DNA of 64,000 nucleotides from Bdellovibrionales bacterium (GCA_965219095.1 CBDCMT010000001.1:512001-576000); one strand, 5' to 3'. Counted from the first letter of the stretch, positions 1-10,291 are shown. Program-made: numbers and translations. Notes: a model not told the origin generated them from the letters alone.

Positions 1-889
1 CTGGTTACAGTCTTTTGTAGACTTTGATTACGAGGGGTTGATAGATCGAGAAGGCAGAGGGCGCAAGCCTCGTTTACCAGTGACAGAAGAAGAGAACTTC
101 AAAATCAAGTTAGATGAAATTCAAGACAAGAGAGAAGGAGGAAGCATAGGAGCAAAGGGAATACAGGAACTTTTAGCAAATGAATTTGACTGTTGCTATT
201 CTCTTTCTGGGGTTTATGCTCTTTTAGACCGTCTTAATATTGTATGGATCAGTGGTCGTTCTCTTCATCCTAAAACTTCACAAGAAGCTATGGAACAGTT
301 TAAGGAACATTTTCCAGAAGAGGTGGAGAAAATAAAGGAAAAGATTCAGACTCATAAAATAGAGATTTGGTGGCAGGATGAATGCAGAATAGGCCAGCAA
401 GGTTCTTTAAGCAGGATTTGGGCAAGAAAAGGCACACGACCTAGAGTTGTGAGACAAAGACAATTTTTATCCACTTATATTTTTGGAGCAGTTTGTCCGG
501 ATAAAGATAAAGGCTGTGCTTGGGTTTTACCGGAATGTAATTCAGGGATGATGCAAATTCACTTAGATGAGATATCTAAAAATATTCAAGAAAACTATCA
601 TGGAATTGTTTTAATGGACAGAGCCAGTTGGCATACCACAGAGACTTTGATAGTTCCTAAGAATTTATCCCTGATGCCTTTACCTCCTTATAGTCCAGAA
701 TTAAATCCCATGGAACAAGTCTGGCAACAATTACGAAGGATCAAATTATCGAATGCATGTTTTAAAAACTATGACCATATACTGAATACTTGTTGTGAGG
801 CCTGGAATACTTTTTGCGATCAGGAGGGCAGGATTAAAAAATTATGCACTCGATCTTGGGCAAAACAACAAGATGAATCAAGCTTGTAA
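1..889 (+). CDS. IS630-family transposase (type A), 5'-partial
   Basis: DDE motifs WWQDECRIG, MDRASWH and LPPYSPELNPMEQVW. The frame is open back to base 2, and the missing N-terminus is present in the copy at 21500-21902. Confidence 0.93.
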   Translation, partial: WLQSFVDFDYEGLIDREGRGRKPRLPVTEEENFKIKLDEIQDKREGGSIGAKGIQELLANEFDCCYSLSGVYALLDRLNIVWISGRSLHPKTSQEAMEQFKEHFPEEVEKIKEKIQTHKIEIWWQDECRIGQQGSLSRIWARKGTRPRVVRQRQFLSTYIFGAVCPDKDKGCAWVLPECNSGMMQIHLDEISKNIQENYHGIVLMDRASWHTTETLIVPKNLSLMPLPPYSPELNPMEQVWQQLRRIKLSNACFKNYDHILNTCCEAWNTFCDQEGRIKKLCTRSWAKQQDESSL

Positions 890-1149
890 ATTAATTTGAA
901 CCTATAAATTAAATTGCGTAACTGATTTTTTTCATTTTACATCTTAACCTCACTTTTTTACACTTATTTTAACCCATCAATCGATTCACACAACAATAGA
1001 TATACATAAAATAAACATATCTTATGAAAACTCAACCTCCCTTCAAAAAAAACTTTTTTAAAGCCTCCTAATTGAAACTTTTCCTTAAGTCAATTTTAAA
1101 ATTTTAAATTTGAACATAAAAATGTCGAATTAATTTCTGTAATTGGTAT
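1..1149 (+). mobile_element. IS630-family element type A, right part
   Basis: Ends in AATGTCGAATTAATTTCTGTAATTGGTAT, an imperfect inverted repeat of the left end seen at 21960-21987 and 62613-62641. Confidence 0.85.
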
Positions 1150-1151
1150 TA

Positions 1152-1463
1152 TGTTTCTTTTTCAGCACAGAGGAACTCTTGTACATGTCCACAAATCCGT
1201 CTCAAAACCAAACTTTGAAGCAGGCTTCTGTAAGCCCTTTTCAATCTTGTTAATGATTTTGAGATCTATTTTTCGAGGACATCCCGATCGGCTCTTTTCT
1301 TTCAGTTCTTCAAATGATTTGTTTTTTCCATAAATTGTAAACCACCTGTAAACAGCGCTCGGATCACGACCAATATTTTTTGCTATTGTTTCAGCTGACT
1401 CACCATCTAATAGTTTTGCACAGCTCTTTTCCTATCTTCGTGTTTTGAATGCTCTCTTCTCAT
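1152..1463 (-). pseudogene. N-terminal fragment of a third IS630-type transposase (HTH region), frameshifted
   Basis: Minus strand reads LLDGESAETIAKNIGRDPSAVYRWF...RSGCPRK...FGFETDLWT, typical of the IS630 N-terminal HTH. It is cut at the IS630-A end. Confidence 0.7.
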
Positions 1464-1581
1464 AACAACATTATAACTAATCTAGAAAATTATGCAAGTA
1501 TGACAAAACTTTTATGAATATCTATAACTCTTCTTTAAAAGATGTAAAGGTTATTTTTTCACGAATCCTTAGGTTATGAAT

Positions 1582-2262
1582 TTATAAATAAAAATCTCTA
1601 AAAACGAAGTTTTCTTTCTTCTCCTGCTTTCCTTTTTGTATAGAAAGAGGGTTTTTAAAAAGAGGACAGTTAAAAACAAAAGTGTGAAACTCACCTTTCT
1701 CTCCACAAAGGTCTATATCTTTTGTCTTAGCATAATTCAGAAAATCATGATCAAATTTGCAGCCACAATAGAAAGGATCAATTTTTTCTGCATCTACACA
1801 GGTGATGACTGCTTCTAAGCCCCAACTTAACATATCATAGGCTAGCTTTGTTGTATCAGTTTTCCAAATGGGAAAAAGAGCTTTCATTTCAATTCCAAAT
1901 TGTAAGGATTTTTTCATTTGTCTTTCTCTATAATGACGAAGGTCTTCTAAAAACAAATCCCCAAAAGCAATCTCAGTAAAACCTTCTTCTGAAAGTTTTT
2001 TCAAGGCATCTGTCATACGTTGTTCGTATATTTCATTAATACATTGATCGGGCAGGGGGACAAGTTCTACAGGAAGCTTGAGGTTTTCTGCCTGAGCCAA
2101 GAGAAGAGATTTTCTTGTGGAATGCATAGCCACTCGATCATTAGTTTCATTAATAGTAGTAAGAAGCTTTACCACCTTTTTTTTATTTTTTAAAAGTTGA
2201 TGGAGAGTCCAAGCACTGTCTTTACCTGAACTCCAAGAAAGCAAAATGTTACTTGTGTTCAC
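1582..2262 (-). CDS. Diphthamide-synthase-like (DUF71) PP-loop ATP-binding protein
   Basis: LSWSSGKDS PP-loop, AFGDLFLEDLR and CGEKGEFHTFV. A GTG start at 2262, overlapping the upstream stop, is more plausible than 2397. Confidence 0.85.
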   Translation of the reverse strand: MNTSNILLSWSSGKDSAWTLHQLLKNKKKVVKLLTTINETNDRVAMHSTRKSLLLAQAENLKLPVELVPLPDQCINEIYEQRMTDALKKLSEEGFTEIAFGDLFLEDLRHYRERQMKKSLQFGIEMKALFPIWKTDTTKLAYDMLSWGLEAVITCVDAEKIDPFYCGCKFDHDFLNYAKTKDIDLCGEKGEFHTFVFNCPLFKNPLSIQKGKQEKKENFVFRDFYL

Positions 2263-2797
2263 ATGTGTGGCGGTCATTGCATGAAGACTTCTTTTCACAG
2301 GAGCATGAATGCCCTTTTTTATGCCTCCTATAATTATCACCGTAAGCTTTTGAATAGTTTTTTTTGTATTTAATGTAGATTTTTCTTTGGCTTTCATCCA
2401 GTAGATTTTTCTTTTTTAAAGTTATTTCATTGTAGAATTCAAACATGTTCACTCTTATCTTATGCATCTTCGTTCTATGAACATTAAGTTTATCAAAAAC
2501 TTCATTGAGTTCTCTGTCAGAGGCTCCCTCCAAAAAAAGTTTTTGTTTTTTTTCTAAGAGTTTCTGTTTTTGTCCTTTCAGGAGTTCCTTCTCAGTGGCT
2601 ACTTTTTCATGAAATGTCTTATGACTTTTATGGATTTTTTCGAATTGGGGTTTTTGTTTTTTTGTTAAATTTAACTTTTTTACCATTTGATCATATTTTT
2701 CTTTTTTATAATCAGACCTTCCATAACGAGAACCTGTCAAAAATAAAATTGATGAACTGAGTATAACAATAACTGCTAAAATATTTTTTGCTTTCAT
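2249..2797 (-). CDS. Exported helical protein, Spy/CpxP-like, with His/Cys-rich tail
   Basis: N-terminal signal/TM segment, LNLTKKQK and LLDESQR motifs resembling LTxxQ, and RBS GGAGG upstream. Confidence 0.55.
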   Translation of the reverse strand: MKAKNILAVIVILSSSILFLTGSRYGRSDYKKEKYDQMVKKLNLTKKQKPQFEKIHKSHKTFHEKVATEKELLKGQKQKLLEKKQKLFLEGASDRELNEVFDKLNVHRTKMHKIRVNMFEFYNEITLKKKNLLDESQRKIYIKYKKNYSKAYGDNYRRHKKGHSCSCEKKSSCNDRHTCEHK

Positions 2798-2951
2798 GAA
2801 ACCTCCCCCTCCTTTTAGTTTTTTGTTAAGCTTACCTTAAAAATTATCTTCATCCTTAGAGTTTGTCAATAGAAGCTTTTAATTGACTTAAATTTTTTTA
2901 AGCGGCAATTTCATTGACTTTTTTGTGGACTTATGTTTTATATAGGCTGGT

Positions 2952-4103
2952 ATGATCACAGAGGGTATAGCTTTAAGATTGAGCTTTTTTCTTGGTCTTT
3001 TGTTCATTATGTTTTTTTTAGAGAGTGTGAAACCAGCTCGTAGTTGGCATCATAGTCGTAAAAAAAGGCTTCTTTTTTCAGCAAGTCTTGGATTTATTAA
3101 CAATCTTGTGATTCGACTGACTGTGGCTACGCCCTTTATTTTTCTGACAAACTACATTGCAGAGCATCAGTGGGGTTTAAGCCCTTTGTTAGGACTTTCG
3201 GGACTCCCTGAAATTCTTATTACTATTTTGCTTTTTGATTTCTTAGACACTTTAAAGCATAGATGGTACCATAGAGTCCCCTTTTTTTGGAGGTTTCACA
3301 GAGTTCATCATACAGATACTCATTTAGATGTTTTGACAGCTCTTCGCTATCATCCCATTGAGTTTGTTATTTCAGCAGGGTTTAAGTGTCTTTGGATTGT
3401 GCTTTGGGGGCCTTCTATAGCGGCCTTTATAGCTTTTGAGATCTTTTTAAATGTTTGTTCTGAGTTCCATCACACGAACATTGATTTTCCTGACAAAATA
3501 GAGAAAGTGTTGAATAAGGTTATTGTAACCCCTCGCTATCATGCTATTCATCACACACGATTCAAAGATCCAGGAGATTATAATTTTGGTCTTTTTTTAA
3601 ACGTTTGGGATCATGTTTTAAACTCTTATAAAGCTCCTGAGTTAAGCCTTATTAATTTTGAAAAACTTGAGCCTTTTCAGAGGAAAACCGATCTCAATCT
3701 TATAGCCGTTTTAAAAGCACCTTTTACAAATTTTCAAATGCAAGAGGAGTTAGTTATGAAAAGTTCATCACAAAACGATGTTTTTAAGAGTATGAAAAAA
3801 AAACTCAAAAACTCTCAAGCTTTACTCCTAGATGTAAGAGAAGATAAAGAGACAGAAGAATCAGGGATTATTGAACAGGCTTTTTGTCTACCTACTTCTG
3901 ACATCTCTCACCGCTCTAAGAGATTTCAAAATTTTATTAAAACAACAGATAAAAAAAAAGAACTTTATGTTTATTGTGGCAGAGGGATTAGATCTGAAAA
4001 AATGTGTCGAATTCTCAAAAGTGAGGGCTTTGAAACAGAAAACGTCGGAGGCTTTCAAGATTTAATCCCTCATTTTACTGTCATTCGAAAATCTTTGTTA
4101 TGA
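2952..4103 (+). CDS. Sterol desaturase/fatty-acid hydroxylase family protein fused to a C-terminal rhodanese domain
   Basis: His boxes HRWYH, HRVHH, FHH and HAIHH. C-terminal LLDVRE...YCGRGIRS...GGF rhodanese signature. Confidence 0.85.
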   Translation: MITEGIALRLSFFLGLLFIMFFLESVKPARSWHHSRKKRLLFSASLGFINNLVIRLTVATPFIFLTNYIAEHQWGLSPLLGLSGLPEILITILLFDFLDTLKHRWYHRVPFFWRFHRVHHTDTHLDVLTALRYHPIEFVISAGFKCLWIVLWGPSIAAFIAFEIFLNVCSEFHHTNIDFPDKIEKVLNKVIVTPRYHAIHHTRFKDPGDYNFGLFLNVWDHVLNSYKAPELSLINFEKLEPFQRKTDLNLIAVLKAPFTNFQMQEELVMKSSSQNDVFKSMKKKLKNSQALLLDVREDKETEESGIIEQAFCLPTSDISHRSKRFQNFIKTTDKKKELYVYCGRGIRSEKMCRILKSEGFETENVGGFQDLIPHFTVIRKSLL

Positions 4104-5242
4104 AACTAGGAATTGAAGTTCTTGATCAAAATACTTTAAAAGGACATAAGGTGGGTCTTTTAGCCCACCCAGCCTCTTTGAATCAAAATTTGCAATTTAT
4201 TTTAGATGTTTTTTCTAACATAAATGTTACCTGCCTTTTTAACCCTCAACATGGTTTTGAAGGTGTTAAACAAGATAATATGGCAGAAACTTATGATGAA
4301 AAACAACATAGTATTTATAAAATACCCCTTTATAGCCTTTATGGGAAAACAAGACGTCCTCAACCCTATATGCTTGAAAACTGTGATATTGTTGTTGTGG
4401 ACTTACAAGACGTAGGTTGTCGTATTTACACTTATATAACAACTTTATTTTACCTTTTAGAGGAGTGTAAGAAACAAGACAAAGAGGTTTGGATTTTAGA
4501 TAGGCCTAACCCCTTAGGAAGAACAGTAGAGGGAAGTTTTTTAGAAGAGGAGTTTAAAAGTTTTGTGGGAATTGCAAGGCTACCTATGAGACATGGTTTG
4601 ACCATAGGGGAGATAGCTCTTTGGTATAAGAAGCAGTATGACTTTGATGTGAAAGTTATTTCTATGGAGGGCTACGATATTAATAAAAATCCTTGGCCTT
4701 TAAGTTTTTGGGTTAATCCTAGCCCTAATCTTCCTTCTGTAGGTAGCTGTTATAATTTTGTGGGAGGAAGTCTTTTAGAAGGGACTTGGCTTTCTGAGGG
4801 AAGAGGTACGACAAGACCTTTTGAGGTGTTAGGAAGTCCCTTTATTGATCCTTTCAAAGTCAAAAAAGCCCTTCAACCTCAAGAACTCTTTTCCTCTTGC
4901 ATTTTATCTACTTGTTATTTTGAACCAACTTTTAATAAATATAAAGGGAATTTGTGTAAAGGTTTTCAAATTCATATTAAAAATTACTCTAAGTTTAAAC
5001 CTTATCGTATTTTTAGTGTTCTTTTAAAAACCATTTATAAACTTTATCCCAGTAAGGAGATTTTTAGGGATTTTACTTATGAATACGAAAACACAAGAAA
5101 AGCCTTTGACTTAATTTCAGGTAGTGGTTTTCTAAGAACTTGGATTGAAAGTCAAACCTCTTCTTATGAAGATCTTAACCAACACCTTTTAAAAGCCGAA
5201 AAAGAATGGGAAAAACAAAGGGCCGATGGTCTTATATACTGA
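4100..5242 (+). CDS. namZ: Exo-beta-N-acetylmuramidase NamZ (DUF1343)
   Basis: PQHGF, DLQDVGCRIYTY, LDRPNPLG, RHGLTIGE and SEGRGTTRPFE. Confidence 0.9.
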   Translation: MKLGIEVLDQNTLKGHKVGLLAHPASLNQNLQFILDVFSNINVTCLFNPQHGFEGVKQDNMAETYDEKQHSIYKIPLYSLYGKTRRPQPYMLENCDIVVVDLQDVGCRIYTYITTLFYLLEECKKQDKEVWILDRPNPLGRTVEGSFLEEEFKSFVGIARLPMRHGLTIGEIALWYKKQYDFDVKVISMEGYDINKNPWPLSFWVNPSPNLPSVGSCYNFVGGSLLEGTWLSEGRGTTRPFEVLGSPFIDPFKVKKALQPQELFSSCILSTCYFEPTFNKYKGNLCKGFQIHIKNYSKFKPYRIFSVLLKTIYKLYPSKEIFRDFTYEYENTRKAFDLISGSGFLRTWIESQTSSYEDLNQHLLKAEKEWEKQRADGLIY

Positions 5243-5302
5243 TAGCACTATAGTACGAGTTCATCAGCATTCTTCTGGTGCAAAAAAGGAGCAAAAAAAA
5301 GA

Positions 5303-6822
5303 GCCTCCTCAAAAGAATCTGTGGGTTCCCGGAGGTTCTGGCAGTTTTCCAAGGTTATGATATAAGGCGATTTTTATAGCTTTAGAGGTTCTAAAGCCGT
5401 AAGATTTTCTCATAGTGAGTTTTACTTTGTTGTTTAAACCCTCTACAATCCCTGAGGAGAAGGCTTTTTTAGCCTTGAAGTAATTAAGAATAAGTAGCTT
5501 ATGTCTTCGTATGGTTTTTGCTTCTCTTTTCATAGGTTCAATTTTTGAAAGCATGACTCGTCTCGTCCAACTGTCTATAAATTTACCAGCCCAAGTTGGT
5601 GAAACATAGGTCCATAACTGTCGGAAGTCTTCTTTTAAAAAATAACAGCGGATACTTTTTAAATTGTACTGTATTAAATGCCTTAATTTTACTTTTTCAT
5701 AAGATTTTAAATTTTCTGCATTTTTTAACAAGGGCCATCTAGCTTTTGTTAAAAGGGGTTCATACCCGTCTTCTTTCATTTTTTTGTGTTCTGAAGCTCT
5801 CACTTCGTCTAAAGCCTTATTGAGTCTTGCTACGATATGAAACCGATCTAATATGTGTAAAGCTCCACTTGCCCTCTCCTTTATGACTTTTAAATAAGGC
5901 TTCCACATATCAGAACACACAAACCGTATATCTTTTGACTTCTCTCCTAGTAAATCAAAGAATTTTCTAAAACTCTTTTCTGTTCTTTTTTCTCCTATCC
6001 ACAACAAGCGTACACGGGTTTTGCTTATTTCATAGACTAAGGTGAGATACTGATGGTTCTTTTTCCATTGTATTTCATCTACACCTATAGCTTGTATTCC
6101 CTTTAAAACCCTTTGTTTTAAACCATATTCTACGACCCATTCTACCGAAGCATAGACCTGATTCCAACTGACATGAAACTTACAAGAAACCTCTTTCCAA
6201 GACAGGTGACGACACCAGTCTGCTAAATACTTCATGTAAAAGATCGTTAAACTCTTCTTACCATCGGCCCAAGGTAAATACTCAACTTTTACCCCACAGC
6301 AAGGACAATTAACTCTTCTTACAAAATAAACAAAAAACACCCTGTAACTTAAAATAGGAAGGGATTCAAAGTCCCGTGATGATTTACTGCTGTCATACAC
6401 TGAACAGGGCTTCTTACAAACACTACAAAAAGCTTGGCCATTTTTACGAGCCTTAATAGGAACATTAATTGACTTTCTATCTTTTGAAAAATAAATGTCT
6501 CCGTATACAAAAGACTTCCATCTTAAACAATCATTTAGTATAGTCTTCAAAAGCATCTCTTCCCTCCTTTTTTTTTTTTTTGAATAACATTTTAAGGCAT
6601 CTGGGAAGTAGGTGCTTCTTTTTTAAAATTTTAATGTAACACAGCAAATAAAAGCAAATAAAATGAATGTTTTTGAGTTCAATCACCGGAGGTGATAGAG
6701 GCCAGTAAGGGCCTCAAAGAACTCAAAAATACAAGATAGAATGTCTTACTCTTACTTTGATTAATATGAGCTCTTTTGGGGGATTTCTACTACTTTTCAC
6801 CCACAGATTCCCGGGAGGAGCC
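5303..6822 (-). mobile_element. Full-length ISL3-family element (1520 bp), no target duplication
   Basis: 23-bp imperfect IRs GGCTCCTCCCGGGAATCTGTGGG / GCCTCCTCAAAAGAATCTGTGGG. The flanks AAAAAAGA and TAATTTCA differ. Confidence 0.92.
5309..6556 (-). CDS. ISL3-family transposase
   Basis: CxxC...CxxC zinc finger, GVDE, CSDMWKPY, DRFH and EGLNNKVK...YGFR. Confidence 0.95.
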   Translation of the reverse strand: MLLKTILNDCLRWKSFVYGDIYFSKDRKSINVPIKARKNGQAFCSVCKKPCSVYDSSKSSRDFESLPILSYRVFFVYFVRRVNCPCCGVKVEYLPWADGKKSLTIFYMKYLADWCRHLSWKEVSCKFHVSWNQVYASVEWVVEYGLKQRVLKGIQAIGVDEIQWKKNHQYLTLVYEISKTRVRLLWIGEKRTEKSFRKFFDLLGEKSKDIRFVCSDMWKPYLKVIKERASGALHILDRFHIVARLNKALDEVRASEHKKMKEDGYEPLLTKARWPLLKNAENLKSYEKVKLRHLIQYNLKSIRCYFLKEDFRQLWTYVSPTWAGKFIDSWTRRVMLSKIEPMKREAKTIRRHKLLILNYFKAKKAFSSGIVEGLNNKVKLTMRKSYGFRTSKAIKIALYHNLGKLPEPPGTHRFF

Positions 6823-7779
6823 TAATTTCATAAGCTTCGAAATCACTTGTTGTATGAGATACGATCTCTATTCCCAGATCCTTAGCTGTCCTTCCCTCTC
6901 CTTCTCCTATTTTTTTAGTTTTTAAAGGCTCTTTATGAAACCAAAAAGCAAGACTTCCTTTTTTCTCTTGATCCTCTCCCAAGCTTATGAGCTTTTCTTT
7001 TAAACCTAATTCATCAAGCACTCTCCAAGCTCTCTCCAGATCAGAATTTTGCACAAATAACTTTCTTACATTCATCTTCCACCAGAACTTTGCATAACCT
7101 GTTTCTAATTTTGAAGCTGAAAATTCATTTATAATTTCTTTAATCCTCTCTAAATCTTCTTTTTTAAGCTTTAGTTCATACTGAAACATCTTAATCAAAT
7201 AACGGATGACTGAAAAGATCTCAGGATTCATACCCTCTTTGTACCTTTGAGTTTCTTTATGATTTTCTGAATCATAATAGCTTATTTCTCCTTTGAGAAG
7301 ATCTTCTAAAAGGGAAGGGTTTTTGGCATCCCACTCCTTGATGCTTCTTACTACAGGATCTTTAGATTCGGTCAGTTCTATCATCATCACAGAATAAGAA
7401 TCGGTATGCTGTTTTAATACATCTCCTCTCAATAAAGGCGCCTTTGGGCCTCTTGATTCTCTTAAAAGCCTTACCTCCCAAGCACTTTTATTGCTGTTTC
7501 CTTGAAAGTAGGGAAACTTTCTGGAAAGCTCTTCTTCTAGCCTTGAGGCTTCTTCCTCTGACCCCCCTTCTATGACTAAATCTATATCCTGAGTGGGAAA
7601 AAAGATCTTTGTGTAGTCGTAATTGAAATGTTCTTTTTGGGGTTTAAACCAGCCCTTGTTCTTATTTTTCTTTCGTTCTAGATCTTTTTTCACATAGTAA
7701 GCTAAGCTGGAGGCTGATCCTCCCAAAAGCCAAACCCGGACTCCCATTCTTTCAGCTAAGTTTTTGATGTCCCGAAGTT

Positions 7780-9311
7780 GTAACTGCTCACCTACATTGT
7801 TCAGTTATCCTTAACTTTAGACCTGTTTTAAGATAAAAGTCTTGCTCTTACAGATTTTCTTTTAAATACTTTTTTCAAATGACAATAAATAAGACCTCCA
7901 TCAGAAATGAGATTGAAAATATAAGAAGTGACTTTGATAAGCTTGCAAAGAAAGGTTCTGTGCCTACTGAGATTTCTGTGATTGTTGAATCTCTCTTTAA
8001 GGTTGTGAACATTCTGATTGTTGTGCTTTTAGAAAAACAGGTTCGAAAAAATTCCAGCAACAGCGGTCTTCCTCCTTCGCAAGATTTTAGTCGTCAAGGG
8101 AATCGTAATAAGAAAGCTAGTGGGAGTCAGAAAAAGGGCTCTAGACTTGATAACAGTAAAGATACAAACAGTGAGGAGACTGTCTCTCCCTCAGAGTGTT
8201 CTCAGTGTGGGATGTGTTTAAAGACAGCAGAGGTAAAAAGCCTTGAGAAGCGTAAAAAGATTGATATTTTTTATGAAATTCAGACCCATACTGTAACTTC
8301 TGAAGTTAAGGATTGTCCCTCATGTGGAGCTAGAAATAAAGGTCAATTCCCTAAAGGTATGAGTGGTCCTCTTCAGTATGGTATAGGCATTAGAGCTTCC
8401 ATCATCAATTTCATTATAGTTCAGATGCTGTCTTTTCAACGTGTTGGGGAACATTACATGGGGCTTATAGGTCGAATGATTTCTCCTGCAGTTATGTTGA
8501 GATACATTGCTGAATTAGGAGAGTTTCTTAAAAGTTGGGAAGAGCAGATGAAAGAAAAGATACTTGAATCAGAGGTCATTCATGTTGATGAGACCTCTAT
8601 GAGGGTTAAGGGTAAAAACTACTGGATTCATACTTATAGTTCAGGAGAATTAGTCTTGCAGTTTCTCCACCTTTCAGGTGGAAGGGAAGCCATAAAAGAT
8701 ATTGGTCTCTTGGATAGATATACAGGAGTGCTTGTGCATGATTGTTGGAGTCCTTACTTTTGTTATGATAAGATAACTCATGCTTTGTGTGTGGCTCACC
8801 TTTTGAGAGAGCTTAAATTTATAGAAGAAAGCAATGGATTCAAATGGGCTACAAATCTCAAAAAACTTCTTAAAGAGACTGTGGAGTTAGTTCATAAAAA
8901 AGAGTCAAGAGTTCTGACTCAAAAAGAGTACGAAACTCTTCAGAGAAGGTATAGGAGTATTCTTACAAAAGGCTTAAAAGAGCTTCCAGAATTTCCTAAG
9001 AAAAATGGCAAGAAAGGACGAATAAAGCATACACAAGCTCAAAACCTTTGGCTGCGATTTAAAAAGTATGAAGCAGAAATACTGTGTTTTTCTAAAAGAA
9101 AGAACGTAGATCCTACTAATAACAGAGCTGAAAGAGATCTAAGAATGACTAAAGTGAAAAAGAAAGTGTCAGGGTGTTTCAGAACAGAAGAAATGGCGAA
9201 ATATTTTTGTCGCATTACCAGCTATGTTAAAACAATGAGAAATAAAGGGTATTCTTCTTTAGAAGCCATCTCTATGGCTTTAAATAAAAACTTACGAGAG
9301 TGAGCAGTTAC
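7780..9311 (+). mobile_element. IS66-family element, single-ORF (ISBst12-like), intact
   Basis: GTAACTGCTCAC...GTGAGCAGTTAC ends. 8-bp TSD CCGAAGTT at 7772-7779 and 9312-9319. Confidence 0.95.
7879..9303 (+). CDS. IS66-family transposase (TnpC-like)
   Basis: NSSNSGLPPSQD, CxxC zinc finger, HVDET, VHDCW, CVAHLLREL and TNNRAERDLR. Confidence 0.95.
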   Translation: MTINKTSIRNEIENIRSDFDKLAKKGSVPTEISVIVESLFKVVNILIVVLLEKQVRKNSSNSGLPPSQDFSRQGNRNKKASGSQKKGSRLDNSKDTNSEETVSPSECSQCGMCLKTAEVKSLEKRKKIDIFYEIQTHTVTSEVKDCPSCGARNKGQFPKGMSGPLQYGIGIRASIINFIIVQMLSFQRVGEHYMGLIGRMISPAVMLRYIAELGEFLKSWEEQMKEKILESEVIHVDETSMRVKGKNYWIHTYSSGELVLQFLHLSGGREAIKDIGLLDRYTGVLVHDCWSPYFCYDKITHALCVAHLLRELKFIEESNGFKWATNLKKLLKETVELVHKKESRVLTQKEYETLQRRYRSILTKGLKELPEFPKKNGKKGRIKHTQAQNLWLRFKKYEAEILCFSKRKNVDPTNNRAERDLRMTKVKKKVSGCFRTEEMAKYFCRITSYVKTMRNKGYSSLEAISMALNKNLRE

Positions 9312-10291
9312 CCGAAGTTCTGGATTTGTGAGGCGAGCTTCTTTGATAGCTTCGGTGAGTTGGTCTGAACTCACATGAGTTTGTGAAAAAGTGAGCTGCG
9401 AGAATGAGAAAAAAACTGGAAAACTTAAAGCAAACAAAAAGGTTTTAAAGTTCATAAAATCATATTCCTTAAAATCGTATTTATCCTTTGAAATTAACTG
9501 AAACACCCAACGTAATTATTTTTTCATCATTATTATCATTTTTTATACAGTAAGACAATTAAAAAAGTTCAACTAACTTTTTTACTATATTTTTTACAAG
9601 CTTTTTGTAAGTTTTACTAAGCTATATTTGACAGTTAATACTCTAAAGCTAAAACAAATTTTATTCCCTCGGATTGCTTCCTTTAAGTCACCTCAAAAAA
9701 CCAATTCTTGCTAGAAAAATATAAAATTTTAGCCCATAGAAAATTAAACCTTCCTTGACGGAAAACAAAAAATAAGGCAAAAGATGATTGAACAGAACGC
9801 AAACTGACAGACAGTTTTTTATTAACCCAGAAAGGGTAACTGTCAGATCATATAACGTCTATCACAGGGAAGTGTTTTTTCTTGACATACTTTTTCATAG
9901 ACGTCTATTACACATTAAGAGTTCTCCTCTTCAAAAGCTTTTTCTAAAAGCTCTTGTTCTTTTAACTCTATTATCATCTATAATTGCCGTTTATTATCTT
10001 CCAGTTATGTAATTAAATTACAGGATTATTTTCGGTAAATCAAAAAGCAAGGTCACTGGTTTAAGCCATGATAGTGATCCTGAAGTACTTGCAGAAGGAG
10101 GTGAGCTTCTCGAGACAAATTCTAAACCCTTTAGCTGCTATTGCTTTTTAAGGCCTCAAAGGGTGTTTTCCCTTTTTTTTGATTAAGCCTGTATTTTAGG
10201 CTTACTCGAAAAAAAGGAAAAAGCAAAAAAAAGATGTAAAATAGGATTTCAAGACTTTATTTATGAACAACCAACAAAGGAGGAAAGTAAA

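Larger units (their letters stand above)
6823..9455 (-). pseudogene. Exported protein with a divergent CCA-adding/poly(A) polymerase-like fold, split by IS66 and 3'-truncated by ISL3
   Basis: Removing 7780-9311 and one TSD copy restores the frame MNFKTFLFALSF...NPELR|DIKNLAERMGVRVWLLGG...QDIDLV. Confidence 0.7.

Noticed and set aside
5295..6830. Swapped target duplications between ISL3 ends that would define an inversion
   Set aside because: The 8-bp flanks of the ISL3 ends at 5303, 6822, 13064, 21499, 23304 and 42642 do not match one another.
7875..8060. Repeated 61-aa antisense ORF in IS66 copies (also 22365, 52712, 55610)
   Set aside because: It is a shadow of the transposase and is conserved only because the copies are near-identical.
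9788..10012. 74-aa ORF
   Set aside because: It overlaps dispersed repeat and IS-end sequence and has no recognisable motif; probably spurious.
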